DNA of 64,000 bases from positions 2,478-66,477 of the IMG/VR virus record IMGVR_UViG_3300028805_000109; one strand, given 5' to 3'. A program made the translations under genes and the position numbers. A model generated the notes under the pieces. It did not search any database, was not told the DNA's origin, and was given only the letters and a program-made list of their open reading frames with translations. Origin of the DNA: a virus. Its lineage: Duplodnaviria; Caudoviricetes. Positions 19,809-29,724 of the stretch are shown piece by piece. Numbering within the stretch: position 1 is the first letter of the stretch; every line of letters begins with the position of its first letter.

Positions 19809-20102
19809 TCAACCTCCAATTACGTAAACCACAATACTTTCTGCATATACTTTGTCTTTTGGTACAACAAGGGTAATATCTACAATAGAATAACATTCTT
19901 CTACTCTTACACCATAGTCATTATCATATCTTAACGTAATATTTCCATAATCACTGTTTTTATCGTTCTGTTGCATTAGATATAATAACTTAGCGTATTC
20001 TGTATAATCAGCGTGTTCTACTGTACATAAATATCTTGCATTATCGAAATCGTATTCATTACTGTTATCTAAAAAATTAACTGCCTCAAATCTGATATTC
20101 AT
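19809..20102 (-). CDS. Hypothetical protein
   Basis: AGGAGG RBS before MNIRF; promoter overlaps the recD2 stop. Confidence 0.7.
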   Translation of the reverse strand: MNIRFEAVNFLDNSNEYDFDNARYLCTVEHADYTEYAKLLYLMQQNDKNSDYGNITLRYDNDYGVRVEECYSIVDITLVVPKDKVYAESIVVYVIGG

Positions 20103-20161
20103 ATCGTCCTCCTTTCGTGTTGTCTTGATAATAATAGTATATACAGAGAGATTACTTTTTG

Positions 20162-22444
20162 TCAAGCAATCTCTTTTAATGTATTTTCGCTAGTTAGTAA
20201 GTCTAACAGCCATGTATTACGCCTTTCTACGCCATCAAGTCTTAAAGAATCCTTATACGCTTGTACCGACCCAACATTAATATGGTGCATTTTAGCTCTT
20301 GTGTTACCTACATACATCAGATTACGTGTCATAAGTCTACTTTGATTAGGCGATACAACACCAATGACATAGCCACATTCAGCGCCTTGACTTTTATGGT
20401 AAGTGATACAATAAGATAATAATAAATTATATACTTGTAACTTATCAAATACTATAAGCTGTTCATCAAATTTTACTACCATTACCTTATCAAGAATATC
20501 TACAACATCTCCACGCTGACCATTATAAATAACTGTAGTTTCTACATCGTCTGCTGTTAATAATCCATCAGATTCTTCAATTTGTTTCCATACGTCATAA
20601 GTTAATGCTGAGTAATTATTTTTAGTATTTATTACTCTATCACCTATTCTAAATACAATTTTACCAAAACCATTTACCTTGCGTTCAAAAACCTTTTCAT
20701 CTTTTTTAGGTGGATTCCAAGTTTCTTGTATAAGTTGATTAATCAAATTTACACCACAATCACCGTTATTATAGGCAGATAAAATTAATATATCATCTTT
20801 TTTAACGTGGTTATTACGTATTTTACCATATAAATCAACAACGGTTTTTGTAATATCTTCGTCATTATCACATTGATAAAAATCCCAATCTTTCATAATG
20901 GTAATTTTGCCATCAATGTTTTTTACCTCTTCATCGTTAAAGAAATCTCTACCTTGTCTTGTATTGGCTCCTGCAAAAGCGATACCACTATTACCATATC
21001 TAAACACTTTGTCAAGAACTGTTGTCGGTACAATATTTGACATAAGTATATCGGCATATGGAGTACCATAATTCACAGGAACTAATTGGTTAGCATCTGC
21101 TACAAATACGATTCTAATATCGGGATTATTAATACAACCTATCATCATATGAAACAAATCAGTATCTATCATGCTACATTCATCCACCAATAAACAATCA
21201 GTATTAATTTCTCCATCTTTCAAACATTTTAAATGAATAGTACTTGCGGTCTTATTTGTTGTTTCTGATAATCTTAATGCTGATGCTCCTGTAGGCGCTA
21301 GTAATGTGATTGATAAACCTAAGTTATAGCATACATCTACAATAGCTTTAGCCGATGTAGATTTACCACAACCTGCCGCTCCTTGTAATAAACTAATTCT
21401 GTAATTTTTAAAATTTTCTACAGCTTTTAACTGTTCGTCTGTAAGAACAATACCATTACTAAGAATACGATAATCTTCAACATTAAAATCCAAAGGAACA
21501 CATTGATTATTTGCTTTTATAAAACTTGCGACACCTACTTCTTTCATATATGTAGTAAACAGTGATAAGTCTTTTGTAGGTTCATCATAATAAATATTAG
21601 AGCTATTATTACATACGTTAACAATGCGATTTTTAAAATGTTCACAATTGTATTCGTCTTTCATAATGTGATAACAGGTATTACCATTTAGTCTGGTATT
21701 TCCGTCATATTGGTTACGAGTTAAAATATCTACCACTACAGCTTCGCATCTTTCATCGCTATCTATTAAATCGGGTCTAATCTTTTTTAATAAAGTATCA
21801 ACCTTATTAAAACTATGACCACATACATTTATCAATACATCATATGGGTTCTTTTTAATGTTATTAATAATCTCGTTAGCATCCGACCATTTTTTGAATA
21901 ACATTTTAGCATCATCAATTGACAAATCGTACTCTTTAATCTGTGAGTCTTGTATAAAGAAAATATATTTATATTTTTCTCTAAGAATACGTTTATAACA
22001 ATTATAGTAGACTGTACCGATTCCTTTTAAGCGTTTTAAATCAATGATAGAATCAAGCTCTTCATCAGATTTAGTAATAACATCTTCAATAAAGTTTGGA
22101 TAGTTTTGGAGTATGGTATGAGCTAATCTATCGGAAGTTGTAGCCATTTTCATAATCGCAAACTTTTCTTCCATAGATATTTTACCTAAATCCTTTTTAC
22201 TTAAAGACGGTACATCACAGACCTCGTAGTTTAATCCGTATTTAGTTACTTTACCCTCTTTTAAAATCATTTCATAGGTATTGTCAACAGTAAGATAACC
22301 TAGACTACCTACTAATGAAAAGCCGCCCCACTGATTTAATTTAATATCCCTATTACTTTCAACTAGTTCGGCAGACAGAATATAATAATCGTCCTTATGA
22401 AATAACTCTCTTGTAATTCTGACCTTTGCTTTAATTCCGTTCAT
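20162..22444 (-). CDS. recD2: RecD2-like SF1B helicase, 760 aa
   Basis: N-terminal OB and HhH (LKGIG) domains; Walker A QGAAGCGKS; LVDECSM; QL.PV; FRYG; YHKSQGAE. Confidence 0.92.
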   Translation of the reverse strand: MNGIKAKVRITRELFHKDDYYILSAELVESNRDIKLNQWGGFSLVGSLGYLTVDNTYEMILKEGKVTKYGLNYEVCDVPSLSKKDLGKISMEEKFAIMKMATTSDRLAHTILQNYPNFIEDVITKSDEELDSIIDLKRLKGIGTVYYNCYKRILREKYKYIFFIQDSQIKEYDLSIDDAKMLFKKWSDANEIINNIKKNPYDVLINVCGHSFNKVDTLLKKIRPDLIDSDERCEAVVVDILTRNQYDGNTRLNGNTCYHIMKDEYNCEHFKNRIVNVCNNSSNIYYDEPTKDLSLFTTYMKEVGVASFIKANNQCVPLDFNVEDYRILSNGIVLTDEQLKAVENFKNYRISLLQGAAGCGKSTSAKAIVDVCYNLGLSITLLAPTGASALRLSETTNKTASTIHLKCLKDGEINTDCLLVDECSMIDTDLFHMMIGCINNPDIRIVFVADANQLVPVNYGTPYADILMSNIVPTTVLDKVFRYGNSGIAFAGANTRQGRDFFNDEEVKNIDGKITIMKDWDFYQCDNDEDITKTVVDLYGKIRNNHVKKDDILILSAYNNGDCGVNLINQLIQETWNPPKKDEKVFERKVNGFGKIVFRIGDRVINTKNNYSALTYDVWKQIEESDGLLTADDVETTVIYNGQRGDVVDILDKVMVVKFDEQLIVFDKLQVYNLLLSYCITYHKSQGAECGYVIGVVSPNQSRLMTRNLMYVGNTRAKMHHINVGSVQAYKDSLRLDGVERRNTWLLDLLTSENTLKEIA

Positions 22445-22535
22445 AATAAATAAACCTCCAAAATTAAATTTAATAATAATTATCTAACTGACAATTAATA
22501 TATTAAACCTAATCTCAGAGGTTGTCAAGTACTTT

Positions 22536-22895
22536 TTATTCAAATTTTACATCAAGTTCTTCTAGTGTATATTCTCGGTCTGGTTTCATATTGGAATACA
22601 TTTCACTATTAGCATTAAACGTAGGAAAACTCATGTATTGCTGTATTCCACCTTCTTTGTACGCTATAGATATATAATAGCACCCATAAATATCTGTTAT
22701 TTTCTTTATGTATTCTACTTTTCTCCAAAATGGTGCAATTACATTCCTAATATATCTCTTTTCCGTCTTATCGAGAATCTGAGGTGTCTGATTAAGATAT
22801 TTAACAAGTTCTTCGACAGTAAGTATTTTTACATCTGCTCCATTACCATGTAATGTAACTATATTCTTCTTTAATCTATCATAATTTGTTGCCAT
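22536..22895 (-). CDS. Hypothetical protein, 119 aa
   Basis: GGGAGG RBS; common phage C-terminal YxxMxxxxxYTLEEL pattern. Confidence 0.7.
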   Translation of the reverse strand: MATNYDRLKKNIVTLHGNGADVKILTVEELVKYLNQTPQILDKTEKRYIRNVIAPFWRKVEYIKKITDIYGCYYISIAYKEGGIQQYMSFPTFNANSEMYSNMKPDREYTLEELDVKFE

Positions 22896-22907
22896 AATAT
22901 TCCTCCC

Positions 22908-23081
22908 TTATCTAAACATATCAAAAAATGAATAGTAATCCATTTTAACTTTATGCTGTCCTTTTGAGTTTCTATACACTTTATAACCCGATTTCTTAAC
23001 ATTATCTAAACTCTGTAGATATAACTTAGGATTAGTATAATACAGTTTATCGAGTCGCTCTTCTATTTCCGCAGTTGTCAT
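22908..23081 (-). CDS. Hypothetical protein, 57 aa (missing from the ORF track)
   Basis: MTTAEIEERLDKLYYTNPKLYLQSLDNVKKSGYKVYRNSKGQHKV...; GAGGGTG RBS. Confidence 0.65.
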   Translation of the reverse strand: MTTAEIEERLDKLYYTNPKLYLQSLDNVKKSGYKVYRNSKGQHKVKMDYYSFFDMFR

Positions 23082-23084
23082 ATT

Positions 23085-23981
23085 TCACCCTCTCTTATTA
23101 TTCTGCAAGATTATACCAAACATTTCATCCATAGTTAAATCTCCAATAGGATAATGAATTTGTGATAGCGAATTTTTAGCAAAATAACCATCTACAAGAT
23201 TGATAAAAAATGTAAATGTACCATCATCACCACCATAAAATTCATCCCACTGTTCTTCTGATAATAACCTTCTAACATATAATTGGTCTAATGATAAGTT
23301 ATCGAAACTTATCACCTTGAAATGCGGTATAATATCCTTTAAGTTGCCATATAGCCAATTCCGATTTCTTTTAAGGTCGACACTCTTATTTATCTGATAG
23401 CTTAAACCTCTACCAATCGTCTTATATCCTAGAATCAAAATTTTAAGATTATGGTCTTTCAAAATTCCATACTGCTCCTTAGTAAAGATACCATTAATCA
23501 CATGGATTACAGCGTTTGGATATTTACTAATTCTCTCGATAAATTCCTCAGTAGGATTAGATAATGAAACGCCAATACCATATATCAAATTTTCCTTATA
23601 CATCTGCTGAATAACTTCTTCGTGTTTCATAAAATGATTCTGATTGATGGTTACGTTTGTAATAATATTCTTTGATTTAAGAAATCTAAGAAAATCAAAG
23701 AAATCATTAGGAATTGGAAAGTTTAAGTTTAAAGCCATTTCCGTACCTTCATGTAATGTATCAAGAAATTTCCAACCATTCAACTTACCAAACTTACCAT
23801 TCACTGTGCAATTAGCGTAACACATTTCACATCCATTATCGCATCTATTAGATACGTGAACATCGACATTTTCAGCAAACGATGGCTCAAAAAAATCATC
23901 TTCTGTTTCACGAATTCTAGTACCATCTGAATATAAAGTTGTTATTAAATTTCCATTCTGATATTTTGCTATTGGTCTCAT
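23085..23981 (-). CDS. Radical SAM protein
   Basis: CX3CX2C cluster motif CDNGCEMC; no obvious SPASM tail. Confidence 0.88.
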   Translation of the reverse strand: MRPIAKYQNGNLITTLYSDGTRIRETEDDFFEPSFAENVDVHVSNRCDNGCEMCYANCTVNGKFGKLNGWKFLDTLHEGTEMALNLNFPIPNDFFDFLRFLKSKNIITNVTINQNHFMKHEEVIQQMYKENLIYGIGVSLSNPTEEFIERISKYPNAVIHVINGIFTKEQYGILKDHNLKILILGYKTIGRGLSYQINKSVDLKRNRNWLYGNLKDIIPHFKVISFDNLSLDQLYVRRLLSEEQWDEFYGGDDGTFTFFINLVDGYFAKNSLSQIHYPIGDLTMDEMFGIILQNNKRG

Positions 23982-24015
23982 TATCTTAATCCTCTCTATT
24001 TTTTATTTTTTAATC

Positions 24016-24378
24016 TTAATCGTGTCCGTAATATCCAAATGCTATCATTTCATCACCACTTGGCGTAGTGAATGTTTCATCAAAATCTTCAAACCAACCA
24101 TCGGCGTTATACTCATCATACTTATAAATACCTTCGCTATTTAAATACTCTTCAAAAGTATCATACCACTGATAGGCTTCTTCATTGTATTTTGCTCTTA
24201 GTTCTTTGATTTTTTCGTCATCTGTTGTTATGAACTGTTTTTCTTTCCCATTTCTCCACTTATTAAGCAGAGTTTCTCCATTCTGCCACTTATCATACTC
24301 TTCTTGTGTACAAATAGTCAAAGCATGAGTCATTGAGCTGTTTGTTTCAAATACGCCCATTCTAATCTGTTTCTTCAT
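24016..24378 (-). CDS. FETNSS-motif protein B
   Basis: MKKQIRMGVFETNSSMTH. Its SD appears displaced by the TnpB element; an in-frame GTG lies at 24417 inside the element end. Confidence 0.8.
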   Translation of the reverse strand: MKKQIRMGVFETNSSMTHALTICTQEEYDKWQNGETLLNKWRNGKEKQFITTDDEKIKELRAKYNEEAYQWYDTFEEYLNSEGIYKYDEYNADGWFEDFDETFTTPSGDEMIAFGYYGHD

Positions 24379-24385
24379 TATGATT

Positions 24386-25763
24386 CTGCTACTCAAAATG
24401 TGTGTAAATATACTCACATTGAGAAAATTCCTACTTCTTCCTATATGCTTTCGTTAATCTTCAACTACTCACAAGTTCTTGTATAGTCCATAGGCGTTAC
24501 TTCCCGACTTAGCCATCGGTAGTTTTGTATTATTTAAGCTATCTTATAATCTTTACAATCTCTTAAATTAAGACTTGCATTATAATCTCTGTCTGCTACA
24601 TATCCGCAAGTACAGATATACGTTCTGTCTGATAACTTTAAATCTTTCTTTATATTTCCGCAACAATGACAGATTTTAGAACTTGGAAACCATCTATCCA
24701 CAATTCTTAACTCAATATTGTTCTGATGGCACTTGTTGGTTAATTTAGTTCTAAACTCATATAATTTCTGTTGACTTATTGCTTTTGAAAGATGTCTATT
24801 TTTCATCATTCCAGATATATTCAAGTCCTCAATAGTTATGTAAGATAGCTTGGCTTTCACTATCTTTGCTATTGTCTTATTGATATAGTCTGTTCTAATG
24901 TTATCTAGCCTATGATATATCCTTTGGACTTTTCTTTTTTGCTTCTGTATATTCTTTTGAGTAGACTCTCCTTTCTTTTTATTCTCATACATACGTGACA
25001 GACTTCTCTGTTCACGCTTTAATTTCTTTTCAAGTCTTTTAACCTCTTTAGACTTATTTATATTTGCAAAGACTTGTTTATCACTACAGATTGCTAAATC
25101 CTTTATTCCTAAATCAATTCCTACCCCTTGATTAGTATTTTTCTCAACTTCTTTTTTAGGAACATCTATCAGCACAGATACATAGTATCTTCCTGCCTTT
25201 TCAGATACAGTTCCGCTTTTGATTACTAAACCGCTTTTAGTTGTAGGGATATAACCTTTTTCTTTGAGCCTTACCCATCCAAGTGTAGGTATCTTTATCC
25301 TGTGTCTTTCACAATAGATAATTGCTTTAGCATCCGTTTTTACAAAATACATCTTTACATCTGAATTCCCCTTTTTCTTGAATTTGGGAAATCTGCTTTG
25401 CTTTTTGAAAAACTTTTGATAAGCACTATAAGCGTTTGTAATACTTTGCTTTACGGATTTGCTACTAACTTCTTTTATCCAAGACAGTTCTTCATGTTGT
25501 GGTAAATAATCATTATTTAGCCACTTACTAAAATCCATAGCAGATTGAAGTTTTTCTCCATGCTCATGCCTTTCTTTTTGTGTGGCAAGATAAAAGTTAT
25601 ATATGTATCTGCAAGTGCCTATTGTTTGATTTATCTTTTGTATCTGTGTTTGCGTAGGATTGATTTCAGTTTTGTAACTTACAAACAATTAGCATCACCA
25701 TCCTTATACACATTCGTCTATGTTTACTCACATATTTCTATGTTTTCGATTGCTTAACAGTCA
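24386..25763 (-). mobile_element. Non-autonomous IS607/IS200-605-family element carrying only tnpB
   Basis: Removing 24386-25763 restores TAA-AGGAG-aatcata-ATG. Repeated TGTGAGTA motifs lie in both ends, and a structured ~150-nt 3' region (omegaRNA-like) follows tnpB. Confidence 0.8.
24534..25688 (-). CDS. tnpB: RNA-guided endonuclease TnpB
   Basis: N-terminal HTH (TEINPT...IGTCRYIYN); RuvC-I GIDLG, RuvC-II IEDL, zinc finger CHCCG...CTCG, RuvC-III DRDYNA. All catalytic acids are present. Confidence 0.95.
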   Translation of the reverse strand: MFVSYKTEINPTQTQIQKINQTIGTCRYIYNFYLATQKERHEHGEKLQSAMDFSKWLNNDYLPQHEELSWIKEVSSKSVKQSITNAYSAYQKFFKKQSRFPKFKKKGNSDVKMYFVKTDAKAIIYCERHRIKIPTLGWVRLKEKGYIPTTKSGLVIKSGTVSEKAGRYYVSVLIDVPKKEVEKNTNQGVGIDLGIKDLAICSDKQVFANINKSKEVKRLEKKLKREQRSLSRMYENKKKGESTQKNIQKQKRKVQRIYHRLDNIRTDYINKTIAKIVKAKLSYITIEDLNISGMMKNRHLSKAISQQKLYEFRTKLTNKCHQNNIELRIVDRWFPSSKICHCCGNIKKDLKLSDRTYICTCGYVADRDYNASLNLRDCKDYKIA

Positions 25764-25768
25764 CTCCT

Positions 25769-26320
25769 TTAATTATATTTATAAAATTCTCTATGTGGGT
25801 AATCCACATTAATTACGGGTACAATATCTTCATTATCGTTACCTGTCTGAATATAGCTCTGTTCTGAAAATAAATAATTCATTAAGATATCCTCGTCAGA
25901 ACAAACTGTATTAACAAATTCCTCTAATTCTCCTACATGGTCAATTCCGCTTTCGTCCAAACAATCAGTATAACACACTATCTTCTTTTCCCAGTTAGAT
26001 ACAGTCACACCGAAATCAGCGAAATATACGTCAATATTGTGCTTCTTTAGTGTATCATTAATGAACTGTAATCTCTTAATCATCTGACTGTACTGTGGTT
26101 TCTTTAGAACTCCACCAAGCTGTATAATGGCTGTGTATAAATAATTAGCTCTATCAAATCGGCTAGTATATTTATCTAACTCCCAACCATAAGAGCCAAA
26201 TTCAAAAGAAACCGAACTAGGTAAGTTTTTAATGTGGTTTAACTCTTGTGACGCTACACAAATTGCATGAACACTTGAACTATTGGTTTCAAAACAACCT
26301 TGTCTAATCTGCCTTTTCAT
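25769..26320 (-). CDS. FETNSS-motif protein A
   Basis: MKRQIRQGCFETNSSSVH; paralogous N-terminus to 24016-24378; AAGGAG RBS. Confidence 0.82.
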   Translation of the reverse strand: MKRQIRQGCFETNSSSVHAICVASQELNHIKNLPSSVSFEFGSYGWELDKYTSRFDRANYLYTAIIQLGGVLKKPQYSQMIKRLQFINDTLKKHNIDVYFADFGVTVSNWEKKIVCYTDCLDESGIDHVGELEEFVNTVCSDEDILMNYLFSEQSYIQTGNDNEDIVPVINVDYPHREFYKYN

Positions 26321-26336
26321 ATTCTCTCCTTTCAAT

Positions 26337-26386
26337 AAAATAATCGTTTACAATACTTATTGTATCATAAACGATTACTTTGTCAA
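26337..26386 (-). promoter_or_regulatory. Promoter/terminator overlap at the dnaE stop
   Basis: TTGACA overlaps the TGA stop; TG-n-TACAAT lies in the loop of a TAATCGTTTA/TAAACGATTA hairpin followed by a U-run. Confidence 0.65.
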
Positions 26387-29300
26387 GCTATTTCTTCTGT
26401 TTTTGCAAAATATTTAATTATGTGTTCAAATTCACCTGTATTATACCATTTGCCATCTTCGTTCAATCTCTTCTTTGGCTTCTTCTTAAAGGCTATCTGA
26501 ATTATATTACCTTGCTCACACTTATACTCATCCCACCATTTGTAATCTACTTTAAACGCACCTTGTTTAGTCTTATCATTTAATCTCTGTACAGTGAGAA
26601 TCGGTGTACCATATTTATTAGTATCTGTTTTTAATACCACATAATACCTATTATCCTTACAAGCATATTCTTTATCAGTATATCCAAGATAAGTAGCTTC
26701 ATATCTAATATGGTCAAGGTTTGATATAGGCTTAATTTTATGCTTATTTGCCTCATATAGGGCGTTAATTAAGCCGAGGTTATCAATTCCCCTTAATTGT
26801 TTTTCTGTGACGTTCTGAGTGTATTTTTTAGCGATTTCAAGGGTATCTAAATCTAATTTAGGTATAGATAACACTTTCGCCGCTCCGAACTGTATATATA
26901 AATTTCTAAGATATAGTAGTTCATTTACAGTACCAAACTCACTGAAAAAGTCTATATGTATTAAAATATCAAGTACCTTACTGTTTACTATTTTCTTATT
27001 GTTATTATCCTTTAAAGACATAATATCTTTTAATAATTCAATAAAATTATTATAATGATTGTCTTTTAATGTATATAAAGCACTACCTACATTTTTACCT
27101 ACATCTTTTATAGATGATAAGCCTTTATATATACTATTATCATCTTTATTAATTGTATAATCGTTAGATGAATACCTAAATTTTGGGGATATTATTTTTA
27201 TCCCCTTAAATGTAGCCAATTTAGTTCCATTTAATATATCTTCATCTGACTTAGAACAATTTAAAAATGCACATACAAATTCCAGCGGATAATAATATCT
27301 TAAATATGCACAAGTATATGTAATCATAGAATAGCCTGTCGCATGGTTGAACCCAAACATATAACTAGATGCATCTTCAATAATTCTCAAAAATTCTTTT
27401 GCTTCTTCTTCTGCTGTATTTCTATCTTTATCGGACTTATTACAATATCCTTCGAGAATACTCGGCATTGCCGCATCTAATCTATCCTTTTGTTTACGTC
27501 CAATGGCACGTCTTACATTATCAGCTTCGCCACCACTAAGACCACATATCTGCTGTAAAAACGCTATAATATCTTCTTGATATACAAGATACCCATGATT
27601 ATGTTCAAGTAGCTTATCAATAAGTTCTGATGGATTTTTATGTTCTTTAAGGGCGATAAGGTCATCTCTATAAGATGCTCCACTAGGACGTATTGCCGCA
27701 TTACAAATTGTAACATCATCAAGTGTAAAATCCATACCTTGTGACTTAATATTGTGATAATACTGTTTAAGTGTATTAAATGCATAATCACCCTCGAACT
27801 GAAATACTCCAATAGGATTACTTACCATATCAGCATACACATTTTGGTCATTAAAATCAATCTGATATGATTTAGGATATTCAATATTGGCATATTGGCA
27901 AGCATCTCTTATAATACCCACATTCCTCAAACCCAAAATATCATACTTAACTAAGCCTATTTCATGTACTTCTTCCATGTTAATAGGTAATATTCTTTGT
28001 CCGTCATCTCCTAAGAACATACCATAATTCTCAACTAACGGAGATGGATAACAACAAATAATACCTGCGGGATGCTGTGATTGGCTAATAGCACAACCTA
28101 ATAATCCATCAAAATAATAAAATAATTCACTATACTGTTTTCTTGCTTGCTCTTTAGAGTTATCATATAACTCTTTTATTTCTGCTACTTTTGTTAGATT
28201 ATAAGGATTTTCATTATCATATTTTTTATCGTCCTTAGATAAGCCATTATCTAATCTCCATTTAATAGCTAATGCTCTACCAATATCGTCTATACAACCT
28301 TTGTCTGCCAATGTTCCTATAGAAAGTATATATGCAGTATGTTCTAATCCAAAACGATTAATAATATAATCATATACAGTCTGTCTTTGGTCATCATATA
28401 CATCAATATCTATATCTCCGATTTCCTTTCTGTATTCATTGGCAAATCGAGAAAATATAGTATGATGTTTTACAGGGTCTACATCGATAATATCAGATAT
28501 ATACGCAACCGTACTTCCCGAACAACTTCCTCTAGCATATCCAAATTTAATGCCATTAGCTTTATTATCAGATACAAGTTCTGACATAAATAGCATAAAT
28601 CCTATCATATCAGTTTTTTTGAATACACGCATTTCTTCTTTAATATTATCTATATATTTCTGTTTTTGAGATTTATCAAGTATTCCTTTATTATACTTCT
28701 CTTTAAAATTCTTTTTTAATTTATCCCATAGTACCTCTTCATCGTTAGGATAAAGATACGGATATTTGATTTTTTTATCTAATACCATATCATAAACACT
28801 ATCTGCCATTACATTTGTATTATCAATAGCTTGTAGTATTATATCCATCGGTAAAGAATCTTGCTCGGTAAATTTCTTAATTAAACCATCATAAGACTGA
28901 TATGTTAAATCACAATCTTCTTCATATGAGTATGTAATCCCCTTAGATAACATAAGTATCATACGACATTCGGCTTTATAACTATCTAAGCTATGAGTAT
29001 CAGTACCTACAATCAATGGTTTATTATATTTCAATGACATTTGATATAAGAACTTATTAAACGCAATCTGTTCATCAAAATTATGATACTGAATTTCGTA
29101 ATAATCATAGTGCTGTAATAATTCATGTAATCTCTTGCCTTTATACTGATTTAATGGAGATTGTACGCAAGCTGAGATTTTTATTACGTTATCACTAATA
29201 CCTAAAAATTCATCAAATGTCAATCTTGGCTTATAGTAAAAATGGTCTTTTTGATTGGATAGAAATACAAGGTTATTAAGTTCCTTAAAGCCATTTTCAT

Positions 29301-29721
29301 TTTTAGCAATAAGTATAGTATGGTAATTATCTCTAATCTTTTCATCTAATGTTTCTGTTAGATAACATTCAATACCATGTATATATTTAATACCCTTTTC
29401 ATCACAATATAATTTCTTTTCTACCCAATTAAAGATATTACCATGTTCTGTAAAACAAATAGCCTTTTGCCCTAATTCTACTGCCCTATCAACATATAAC
29501 TTATAATTAGTACAACTATCAAGCAAACTATCTTCGGTGTGTAAGTGATATGTTACATAGTTTTTACCATAATGTTTTACAGCCTCAATATCAGTATCTA
29601 CATTTTCGCTCTTTAGTTCAAAAACAATCTTCTTTGCTTCTGATTCTGTGTCTACGTGTAATATTGGTTTATTATCTTGTGTTATTACAAAATGGTCATA
29701 AAATTTTTCGTAAGAAAACAT
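26383..29721 (-). CDS. dnaE: DNA polymerase III alpha-like (family C), 1112 aa
   Basis: PHP motifs HLHTEDS, TEHG, GTDTH; ARGSCSGS; catalytic GDIDID; SQHPAG; KYDILGL; YMFGFNHA. No intein seen. Confidence 0.95.
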   Translation of the reverse strand: MFSYEKFYDHFVITQDNKPILHVDTESEAKKIVFELKSENVDTDIEAVKHYGKNYVTYHLHTEDSLLDSCTNYKLYVDRAVELGQKAICFTEHGNIFNWVEKKLYCDEKGIKYIHGIECYLTETLDEKIRDNYHTILIAKNENGFKELNNLVFLSNQKDHFYYKPRLTFDEFLGISDNVIKISACVQSPLNQYKGKRLHELLQHYDYYEIQYHNFDEQIAFNKFLYQMSLKYNKPLIVGTDTHSLDSYKAECRMILMLSKGITYSYEEDCDLTYQSYDGLIKKFTEQDSLPMDIILQAIDNTNVMADSVYDMVLDKKIKYPYLYPNDEEVLWDKLKKNFKEKYNKGILDKSQKQKYIDNIKEEMRVFKKTDMIGFMLFMSELVSDNKANGIKFGYARGSCSGSTVAYISDIIDVDPVKHHTIFSRFANEYRKEIGDIDIDVYDDQRQTVYDYIINRFGLEHTAYILSIGTLADKGCIDDIGRALAIKWRLDNGLSKDDKKYDNENPYNLTKVAEIKELYDNSKEQARKQYSELFYYFDGLLGCAISQSQHPAGIICCYPSPLVENYGMFLGDDGQRILPINMEEVHEIGLVKYDILGLRNVGIIRDACQYANIEYPKSYQIDFNDQNVYADMVSNPIGVFQFEGDYAFNTLKQYYHNIKSQGMDFTLDDVTICNAAIRPSGASYRDDLIALKEHKNPSELIDKLLEHNHGYLVYQEDIIAFLQQICGLSGGEADNVRRAIGRKQKDRLDAAMPSILEGYCNKSDKDRNTAEEEAKEFLRIIEDASSYMFGFNHATGYSMITYTCAYLRYYYPLEFVCAFLNCSKSDEDILNGTKLATFKGIKIISPKFRYSSNDYTINKDDNSIYKGLSSIKDVGKNVGSALYTLKDNHYNNFIELLKDIMSLKDNNNKKIVNSKVLDILIHIDFFSEFGTVNELLYLRNLYIQFGAAKVLSIPKLDLDTLEIAKKYTQNVTEKQLRGIDNLGLINALYEANKHKIKPISNLDHIRYEATYLGYTDKEYACKDNRYYVVLKTDTNKYGTPILTVQRLNDKTKQGAFKVDYKWWDEYKCEQGNIIQIAFKKKPKKRLNEDGKWYNTGEFEHIIKYFAKTEEIA

Positions 29722-29724
29722 ATA

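Noticed and set aside
24386-25763. IStron (group I intron fused to the IS)
   Set aside because: Only ~75 nt lie between the left end and tnpB, with no P/Q/R/S core.
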